Shown here one piece after another: positions 1 to 8,230 of a stretch of 35,553 bases of DNA. A model generated the notes under the pieces. That model searched no databases. It was not told the origin of the DNA and worked only from the letters and a program-made list of their open reading frames with translations. A program made the translations under genes and the position numbers. Positions within the stretch are counted from its first letter, which is position 1. Every line of letters starts with the position of its first letter. Source of the stretch: Nemertoderma westbladi (taxonomy: Eukaryota; Animalia; Xenacoelomorpha); NCBI GenBank assembly GCA_032718475.1, contig JAUCBJ010006286.1:1-35553 (forward strand), read 5' to 3'.

Positions 1-395
1 GGGGCGATCCCCCCCCCCCCCACCCCCACTCCACTGTATTTTCGACATCGTCCAACGAATTCCTACGAAATTTGGACTGTAGGTGAACAAATTATCGATG
101 AACGCTTCCTAACCTTAAAAAAATAAAATTTGATATGTTGTCCCAGGACCAAATGTAAAGTTTTTATTATTTTAAAAACTAATAGTGTGGCAGTAATGTC
201 TAGCTCTAGTAGATTTTTCAAGACGCAGAATCGACTCCGATTATATTCCATCCCCAAAATTAACCGGTATGCTATTTTTCTGGTATCTAAGAACTTCAAA
301 TTTTGGAAAATATGAGATCCGTCAAATACCACCATGTTTTGATTTCAGTGCATTTTTATGGGTTTTCTGGGTCGCTGATTCGAATGAAATTACTC
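1..395 (+). mobile_element. Diverged fragment of the same non-autonomous DNA-transposon family as 9722-11306 (left-end region)
   Basis: Colinear similarity by eye to ~9770-10190, e.g. tcgtccaa.gaa.tcctac.aaattt, tgtcccaggac.aaat, aaaaactaatagtgtggcag, ttttcaagacgc.gaatcga, tttatgggttttctggg.cgctga.tcga. The terminal TIR lies outside the window. Confidence 0.65.
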
Positions 396-639
396 TAAAA
401 ACATGTCTACTTTAGTGGCAGCACAAGGCGCCTGCTATAACAAATATAAGTACAATTATTACATGTATTATTATTTTACTGACTACTTTCAATCGATACA
501 GCTTACCGGAAAACATATAAAATATATTGAAAGATAAAAAAGGTACAAAACAAACAAAAATACAAACTCTGGTGTTTTTCCAAATCTCATAAATTTCAAA
601 ATTTCAAGAAATTCACAGAAATAAGCGCTATAAAACACT

Positions 640-681
640 TATTATTATTATTCGTGCATACGATCAAACGAATGTAGCACA
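640..681 (-). other. LINE 3' terminus: small stem-loop followed by (AAT)n tail
   Basis: Minus strand reads ...GTGCtacattcgtttgatcgtatGCACg AATAATAATAAT. A 3' stem-loop plus short tandem tail is typical of CR1/L2 elements. Confidence 0.55.
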
Positions 682-829
682 GATACGGAAAGGAAATACA
701 GAAAAGAAAATACACATTGTCTTACGTACAGTAGTAGTAAATATAATATAATGTACCAAAGGAAGAAGAACAAAAAAAAAATATATATATATACATAAAT
801 ATAGCACAATATAATAATTTAAGTTAAGG

Positions 830-1743
830 GAATTATGACGTTACAAACTAACTTTAATATATAGTCCTCTCCTCCTGGAGTATATATCCAGCTCCTCATT
901 TGTGAAGCCCGGTATACACAGGTTATAGCGACACTCAACTAATTATCTTGCAACCCTACAGTAGCTATATCTGATATACAGCCCGGTATACACAGGTTAT
1001 AGCGACACTCAACTAATTATCTTACAACCCTAGCTATATCTGAGCCGCTAGGATTACAAAACCATCGTAGACTCTTAAACATGTTCGTGTTAAGATCCTT
1101 CACGTTTACGTTGACCTTTGCTGCAATATTGTACAGGTTACTACCGGAAACAGTTCTACAATCGAATAGACATAGATTCGCAAGAAAGAATAACGATGGC
1201 TTATTCACACTGGACGATAACAGTCGTTTTGCACACCCTACAAATCTCGAACACAGCATGACAAAAGGATGCTGGAAGGGGTTCAGATGTTCAACGATGC
1301 ACCTGTGTGTATTATATCGGAGATTCCAGGTAGTTCTCAAGTTCTTTTTCCAAGCAGTTACAAGCCGCACACAAGCATCCGACCAGATGTCCCATAAACC
1401 GTTTCCATAGAAGCTAGTTGTATAAACTCTATGCAACTCTGACTGAGTAGCTGGGTGTGCAAAAAAGAATTCTTGGCGGAGACAATTCATCTTCCCGATA
1501 AAACTTCCCCGTTTAAGACAGAGATCTCTATCAAACTTGTTCGAGTAGTGGAACATATTACCGATATGTTTCATTTCCTTTACCCATGGAAGTTTGAAAC
1601 TCGGAGGGGACCATTTAGCAGCAAATGGAATACAGGTTGTTTTGCTCTTTGTAGGATCGATGTTGGTACTAAATTTCATTTTGTTATTTCTGGCAAAATC
1701 AGAACAAAGGTTAACCATATACTGAAGACCCGTGATGGATGGA
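830..1743 (-). pseudogene. LINE ORF2 C-terminal part (end of RT and C-terminal domain)
   Basis: ORF 1017-1718 (MVNLCSDFARNNKMKFSTNIDPTKSKTTCIPF...FYGNGLWD...AWKKNLRTTWNL). It joins the RT in frame across the LTR insertion to give YADDILLLCP-SITGLQYMVNLC. An in-frame stop lies at 1017 and the 3' end is approximate. Confidence 0.85.
906..1044. repeat. Local tandem duplication (~65-69 bp, 2 copies) in the LINE ORF2 3' end
   Basis: agcccggtatacacaggttatagcgacactcaactaattatctt(g/a)caacccta...gctatatctga starts at both 906 and 980. Confidence 0.9.
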
Positions 1744-2294
1744 TGTGACGGGATCCGGAGATCCCGATTTATCCCGGTTCTTTAATTACGTGTCCCCGCC
1801 GTGTGAGTGAAAAGCGTTTATCGTCAGATTAAGAGTTCTAATATTGTTGACGGTGTAGCAGTATAAATATAATAGGATAAGCACAAACACAGTTATATAG
1901 GTGAATGATGGCGGCAGTGGACGGTATTAGAAGTCACCGCTCTGCCCTAACTGAACCGACTGACTGAATGAGATAACTGAACTGAATGACATGGTAGCTG
2001 GAAATATATTGCACGGGTTGGCCATAGCACGCTACCCAGCCGATGCCTTCCCCCCATTGGCTAATAACTCATTTGTCACCTTTCTACCTCCCTAGGAGTG
2101 TTTCCCTTTTACCTCTGCTATTCCCTCTCTCTCAGGGGTGTAACCCCTGACCCCTATTGTGTGTGTGTTCTCTGGGGTTTCTCCTTCCCACTTTGTTGGG
2201 GTGACACGAGGTTGATTGATAGTCGACCTCGTGTTCCCCAATATTGCTTAAACCTCACTTTATGGGGTGGTTAGCGGAATTGAATAAGCTAACA
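1744..2294 (-). repeat. 3' LTR (551 bp)
   Basis: Direct repeat of 7696-8230 with about 9 substitutions and one net 16-bp indel by manual comparison. Ends are TGT...ACA. Confidence 0.95.
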
Positions 2295-2302
2295 CTCCCC
2301 CC
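2295..2302 (-). other. Polypurine tract (GGGGGGAG) abutting the 3' LTR
   Basis: Plus strand ctcccccc directly follows the LTR end at 2294, which fixes the element on the minus strand. Confidence 0.85.
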
Positions 2303-2972
2303 ATGCTATCTTCCCGGAGAAGATAGCATCCACCTCTAGTGCGCTACAATTCCGCTGGATCCCGATCTAGTATCGGGTGTGGGGTGGAACTATTTTTCTC
2401 GGAGCCGGTTTTCCAGGCCGCTCCCGATGGGTATGATATCGCTACCCTGTTTACCTGGCGTCCCGTGTCGGGCCGATCGCGCGCTCCTCTCACACGACTT
2501 TTGTTTCCCCAACACTTTCACCACTGACTCTCTACTCTCATCCTAACTCTTACACGCCCTCGGACCTCCTCGTCCCTCACTCTGCCTCTTACTTCTCCCC
2601 CCCCCCCCCCACACTTGAATTGCGCCCACACTCTCTTCACACTCCGCACTATTACTCCATTGCTCGACCCCTCTTCGGCTAACTTACTCATCTCTGACGA
2701 GTCTCACCCCCCTTTCCTGTGCCGTCGCACTCAGGAAGTGTGAAGTCGTCTAGTGTCTCGTTTGTCATAGTCAGTCGTCCCCCGGTCCAGTAGCTAATTG
2801 GAAAAAGGTTGAATGACTATAGTACTTACTTCGATTATATTTTACTAAGCTAATAATGATTACTACGTACGTACCTACTAATTGCACTTTTCAATTATTT
2901 AAATTACTTGAATTTGTACTTAGGAGTTCGCACGTCTCGCGTGGTGCCTTCCAGGCATGTTACACCGAAGTC

Positions 2973-5537
2973 TTAGTTCGTTCCACCTGCCTTTGGGAAC
3001 CGCCTCAAGTCTTTCCCTCTGTCGTCCTCCTCCCTTGGTCGTTTCTTGGTCACTGCCGCTCCTCTGGTCTTGTCTGCTTTCTGGCTTCGGACTCTCGCCG
3101 CCACCTCCTTACTGATCCCAGTCGTCGACTCCTTGGGTGCCGGTGTTATTAGCTCCCGGTATCGCTTCGCGGGTGGCCCCTCCGAGTGGCCCTGTTGTCT
3201 CCCCCTGGTGGCGTCCCATAGGATCATCTTCATTGCCCGCGGCACATGCTCCGCCAAGAAATCCCTGAACTCTCCTCTGTTCTGTGGCGTCCACCTATCC
3301 AAATACCTCTGCGTATTTATCACTCCGGCATACGACGCCGCTGTCGCCACTTCCTGGTAGGTAAACGGAAGCCTCCGTTTGATAATCTCCATGTGAGCCT
3401 CCTGATTGATGTTAAAGAAGCCCCACCGGAACTCCTGGGCCTTCATGCGTTGCCGAGTCATCGCCCCGACGTCGGCCCACTCCTCGAAGACCCTAAACTT
3501 CTCTTCGTCGTCCATCCAGTCGCACTGGCGTCCGTAGTGCCCCCGAAAGTTACACTTCGAACATCGGTTATGTAACCGTGGACACGCCCCCATCCTGTGG
3601 CTCGACTCGCGGCAGTAGAGACAACTAGTCCCTTTCTGGAACCGGTACAAGCAGCTCCTTTCCTGATGGGTCTGTCTCCCACAGTAGTCACAGTCGAGCA
3701 CCAATGTCTCCCGCCCCACGTCGTCTTTCGTCCCAAGCAATCTCCGCGGTCTGTGGAGTCGCTGGTAAGCGAACTTCCGGACGTTAGCGTCCCTGTCTAC
3801 ATCGATCTCCTCGCCCCTCCCGGGCATCGTCTCCCCGAATACTACCCGTGGTGCCGTCCCCGGTTGCTCGCCCAACCTGATAGTGCTCCCCGCGAAATCC
3901 ATCGCCGGCTTCTCATGCACCCAGGCCCGCTTGCCGGGTCTATCCCAGAAGGCCCTCGCCCCACTGGCCGTCACCACCCTCCCGCCAACCCAGTCCGTGT
4001 CCGAGTGGCCGATCCTCCCGATGGGCGGCATCTCCCCGAACTTGTCGTCGTCCTCGTCTTCCTCTGGCAGTGGCTCCAACCCCGGTATCCCGGTGGATCC
4101 ACTATGCCCCTTCCCGCCTTGGCTCTCGCCCGTAGCTTTCCATCCTTCCAGCTCCCCTAGCCTCCTTAGCGGCTGGTCGCCCTCGGCGCCCGCTGGTATG
4201 GGCGTCGTCTGCAATCCCGACGTTGACTGTTTCGGTGATCTCACCGTCCATCCTAGTTCTCGCCCTAGAGACTCCCCGAACTCCCTGATGAGGTCCAACG
4301 GAGTTCGTCTAAGCCCGCCTGTTCTTCGAAGCCGTAGCTCTGTGCCCTAGCTTCCTCCTCCCTTTCCTCTGCTTCTCTCCTCTCCTGTCTAGCGACTTCT
4401 TCCAGTCGCTTCGCCTCTCGTCTATCCGTCTCTAGCTGTTCAAATCTCTGATACGGCGTATCTATCTCCCCGTCTACCAGATGTCGGCTGTTGAAGTACA
4501 CCGACCCGCCCTTCAGGCCCGGGTGGTCTACCAGACCCCGAAAGCCGTCTTAAAGGCTCTTCTGTAGCTTAGGGGTGATCCCGATAATAGGAATGCCGCT
4601 GGTTCCCTCTCGATAACCACGGTCATGAATAGGTTAAGCAAACCCATCATTATCCAGTCCTCCTGTAGGATATATCGCTTCTGATATACCTTTATCGCTC
4701 CTCTCCGGAATTGATACACCTCTTGTTTCCCTGGCCTCGCTCCCCACTTCAGCGAGTTCGCCAAGTCCGCTCCGTACTCCCCTCTGAACTTACCCCAGTC
4801 AATCGGTTTGTGACACACGAGCCCCATTAACTGGCCCATTGCCACCGCCCCGCAATGTCCTGTGTTCTCTACTAGTCCCAACCCGTCTGGTGCTGTTAGA
4901 GCATATAGACCGTCTGCATATCCAGAAGGTTGGGGGTGTCCGGACCAATGATTCTCTCCGCGTCATCGCGAATCACCGATCCCACTTTCGTCGTTGAGTT
5001 CACTCTCACTAGGGTTTGCACCGCCTTCGGCAACCGGTTCAACTTCGGCCCCTCCTTCTTTCCATACGTTCCTAGATCGAATAGGAATATATCCCCATTT
5101 GGCGCGGCCAAATGTAGGAGTATGGTTCTGGCCGACCCCGCCGATCCTCTCCTCGAACCCTCCTCGTCTTCCACGGTTCCTTCGTCGTCTAGGATCATGT
5201 ATTCTCCCCTGCTGACAGACTCTACGAACCTCTTCCAATCTTTCCTCGGTGGCTCTCTCGCATACTTCGGAATCCCGAACTTCGCCTCATCTCCTTTCAC
5301 CACGTAGTGGAAATGCTCGAAGATCGCGTTGTCCAGCGACGGCATCCAGTAGGTCCCGACCATCCGCTGTTCGTGCACCTCCCTGAAATGGTCCTGTAGC
5401 GCTCGCGCTGCGTGACCTCTCTCTAACCGCTCGTAGTATCCCTTCGTCTTCTCTTCCGGGTGCCTCTTGGTGAAATCCACCAGTATCTCCTTTCCTCCTA
5501 GCTCCGTCTTTCTCTTTCGCACAAGTTTGCCTGCCAT
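2973..5537 (-). pseudogene. Accessory ORF (~855 codons, three frameshifts): DEDDy 3'-5' exonuclease-like domain, charged/coiled-coil linker and three CCHC zinc knuckles
   Basis: Joins ORFs 4896-5561, 4528-4881, 4265-4501 and 2973-4298. ExoI-like MILDDEG (DxE at 5181-5189), LLHLAAPNGDIFLFDL, ExoII-like LPKAVQTLV...KVGSVIRDDAERI, LLDMQ, ExoIII-like QKRYILQED. CX2CX4HX4C occurs three times at 3522-3692. The first ATG is at 5537 in a GAGATGG context. Domain calls are by motif recognition, not search. Confidence 0.75.
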
Positions 5538-6033
5538 CTCGAACTCTGCCCGATCGCTCACCCGTTGGGTGGTGCCTTGCCAAGGCGCAATAGGATGAGT
5601 GATAGGTTGAGATGGTTTATTTCAGTTCGATGGCCTATCTCCCTCTGGATTACTAAGTTAATTAGCCTAAATTTCACTACTTGATTTCTGTAGCTACCAA
5701 ATTGTACCTAAATTGCAATTTTGTCAGTTACTTTAATTATGTTCCAGAATTTTACTTGCCACTGTTACCATAATTTGTTAATTTTCTTAGCCCTATTCTA
5801 TTTTTAATATTCTAGTTTAATTCAATCCTACTATCGTGCTACTACTTACTATTGCCTATGGATTATTCTATCCCATAATCCACATTCTGGCCTACTCTGT
5901 GGGCTTGTGCAGTACAGCAGTATGCGTCGCGTGGCCTACACGATATATCCAGTTGTACTCATATGCCCCCTCTCGCTACTAACTACTAACTAATGTCTAT
6001 TATATATATCCTTCTACCTCTTACTCTTACTGA

Positions 6034-6620
6034 CCGGTACTACGTACCCTCTCACTAACTTCTAACTAACTTCTACCAACCGGTACTACGTACCCTCTTA
6101 CTAACCTCTAACTCCACTAACTAACTAACTAACTGGTACTACATACCCTCGTACTAACTCTAACTCTCTCCAACTAACTAACTAACCGGTACTACATACC
6201 CTCTTACTAACTCTGACTTTCTCCAACTAACTAACTAACCGGTACTATGTACCCTCTTACTAACTCTAACTTTCTCCAACTAACTAACTAACCTGTACTA
6301 CGTACCCTCTTACTAACTCTAACTCTCTCCAACTAACTAACTAACCAGTACTACATACCCTCTTACTAACTCTAACTCTCTCCAACTAACTAACTAACCG
6401 GTACTACATACCCTCTTACTAACTCTAACTCTCTCCAACTAACTAACTAACCGGTACTATGTACCCTCTTACTAACTCTAACTTTCTCCAACTAACTAAC
6501 TAACCGGTACTACGTACCCTCTTACTAACTCTAACTCTCTCCAACTAACTAACTAACCGGTACTACGTACCCTCTACCTAGCTTCTACCTACTGACGGTA
6601 CTATGTACCCTCTTACTAAC
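6034..6620. repeat. 53-bp tandem array between the pol remnant and the accessory ORF
   Basis: Unit ccggtactacgtaccctcttactaactctaactctctccaactaactaactaa starts at 6186, 6239, 6292, 6345, 6398, 6451, 6504 and 6557, with degenerate copies on both flanks. Confidence 0.92.
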
Positions 6621-6783
6621 TAACTTCTGCCTACTACTGCATACCTATTATGTACTATTCTAAGACTTTCTCTTTTATTTTTTTTATTTTTATTTTAATT
6701 GTGTGGGAAGGGCGTCTTGCCCTCAATCCCACCCCCCTCAGTCCAAAACTTGGACGACTAAACTCCACTAAAATTATTCTAAC

Positions 6784-7335
6784 TCAAGGTGCTCCCTCTA
6801 GCAGACAGCATTTCCCTACAGCCCTCCTGTAGGTCTTCCTGTCTTTCGCACCTATCTTGCCACCTATTCGCACTTCTACCGATCGGACTCTTCCATCCTC
6901 ATCAGAGTAAGTGCCCACAACTCTCGCCAACCGCCATTGGTTGTTGATGATGGTATCGTCCGTGACGATCACCAGATCACCCTCCTTTAACTCTCTACTC
7001 GTATTCCTCCACTTACTTCTTTTATGTAGCGTGGGCAGATATTCCTCGACCCACCTCCTCCAGTACTCTGCTAGTTTATCGCCTTAGCGACTTTCCAACT
7101 CTGGCGGGAATGTATGTCATCTGGGTCTACACCCCGCATGTTGATTGTCGCTGGCCTTTCCATTAGAAAGTGACTGGGCGTCAGCACGTCTAATGACTCA
7201 GGGTCATCATTTTCTGGATATAGCGGTCTGCTATTAATGATACCCTCACACTTTGCTAGTACTGTCCTCAGCATGTCCTCCGTGACCATGTGGGTGTTCA
7301 TCAACTTCGTCATCAGACGCTTCGAACTACCCACT
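6784..7335 (-). pseudogene. BEL/Pao integrase C-terminal remnant with DUF5641-type tail
   Basis: VGSSKRLM...DMLRTVLAKCEGIINSRPLYPENDDPESLDVLTPSHFLM, then a frameshift near 7075, then LAEYWRRWVEEYLPTLHKRSKW...GDLVIV...QWRLARVVGTYSDEDGRVRSVEVR...YRRAVGKCCLL. Confidence 0.9.
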
Positions 7336-7638
7336 GTCTCTCTGGGTCCGGCGTCGTACCGGCGGCCCCACCATCGCCGTTCCGGTGGGCTGTCCGTCGC
7401 CCTCGGCCTGTGGCTGGCCGGCGACATCGGCACGTCGACCATCGTCGTGTGTCGACTCGTCTCTCTCCTCTCCCGACTCGTCCTTTCGCTGTAGACGGCC
7501 CCCCTCGTCTTTGGTTGCCGGATCGCCCGCTATCGATGGGTCCGGCGTCGTGGGTCTGTACCGTCTCGTCGCGGCCTCGTGGATAGTTAGATCGCCGTCC
7601 GGGGTCAGCGGCGGTGTCGTCTCTCCTGTTCGACTCAT
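7327..7638 (-). pseudogene. N-terminal ~100 codons of the gag-pol polyprotein, truncated by the internal deletion
   Basis: The first ATG lies just downstream of the 5' LTR. The low-complexity acidic/Pro-rich peptide ends at PVRRRTQR, immediately before the integrase remnant, which is in another frame. Confidence 0.6.
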
Positions 7639-7686
7639 CTTTTGTCTTTAGGTCGGTGGCTGGCAGCGACAGTTTGGGCTGTTGGT

Positions 7687-7695
7687 TTCTAATAC
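7687..7695 (-). other. Primer-binding-site position with a non-canonical sequence (GTATTAGAA), complementary to an LTR-internal segment
   Basis: There is no TGG after the 5' LTR. Bases 7687-7695 (ttctaatac) are the exact reverse complement of 7860-7868 and 1924-1932 (gtattagaa). Confidence 0.6.
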
Positions 7696-8230
7696 TGTGA
7701 CGGGATCCGGAGATCCCGATTTATCCCGGTTCTTTAATTACGCGTCCCCGCCGTGTGAGTGAAAAGCGTTTATCATCAGATTAAGAGTTCTAATATTGTT
7801 GACGCTGTAGCAGTATAAATATAATAGGATAAGCACAAACACAGTTATTGCAGTGGACGGTATTAGAAGTCACCGCTCTGCCCTAACTGAACCGACTGAC
7901 TGAATGAGATAACTGAACTGAATGACATGGTAGCTGGTAATATATTGCACGGGTTGGCCATATCACGCTATCCAGCCGATGCCTTCCCCCCATTGGCTAA
8001 TAACTCATTTGTCACCTTTCTACCTCCCTTGGAGTGTTTCCCTTTTACCCCTGCTATTCCCTCTCTCTCAGGGGTTTAACCCCTGACCCCTATTGTGTGT
8101 GTGTTCTCTGGGGTTTCTCCTTCCCACTTTGTTGGGGTGACACGAGGTTGATTGATAGTCGACCTCGTGTTCCCCAATATTGCTTAAACCTCACTTTATG
8201 GGGTGGTTAGCGGAATTGAATAAGCTAACA
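7696..8230 (-). repeat. 5' LTR (535 bp)
   Basis: Direct repeat of 1744-2294, followed by the TSD ATGGA at 8231-8235. Confidence 0.95.
7886..7996 (-). promoter_or_regulatory. Putative LTR promoter: CCAAT box, TATA-like AATATATT and a cluster of arthropod-type Inr motifs (TCAGT)
   Basis: On the minus strand, CCAAT is at 7996-7992, AATATATT at 7946-7939, and TCAGT occurs five times between 7921 and 7886. A candidate poly(A) signal ATTAAA is at 7738-7733. Confidence 0.45.

Larger units (their letters stand above)
1744..8230 (-). mobile_element. Internally deleted BEL/Pao LTR retrotransposon carrying an accessory ORF
   Basis: Two TG...CA LTRs (1744-2294 and 7696-8230); 5-bp TSD ATGGA (1739-1743 and 8231-8235); PPT next to the left LTR; BEL/Pao-type integrase C-terminus (IINSRPL...LTPSHFL, EYLPTL...W, GRVRSVEV). 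Confidence 0.93.

Noticed and set aside
2973-4298. Calling the zinc-knuckle ORF the element's gag
   Set aside because: It lies 3' of integrase, continues the exonuclease frame, has no capsid-like region I can recognise, and has three canonical CCHC knuckles rather than the BEL gag pattern ending in a His-rich third finger.
3046-5307. Overlapping plus-strand ORFs (e.g. 3597-4160, 3883-4350, 4930-5307)
   Set aside because: They are antisense shadows of a GC-rich coding frame with no recognisable motifs.
2973-5561. Calling the extra ORF an env gene
   Set aside because: No signal peptide, no clear C-terminal transmembrane anchor, and a highly charged composition.
6034-6620. Telomeric repeat or CRISPR array
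   Set aside because: Units contain TTAG rather than TTAGG runs, have no spacers, and are internal to an LTR element.
7678-7695. PBS complementary to a tRNA-Arg(TCT) 5' half
   Set aside because: There is only a loose resemblance to an anticodon loop (TTCTAA) from memory, with several mismatches. The perfect LTR-internal complement explains it better, though a tRNA search is still needed.
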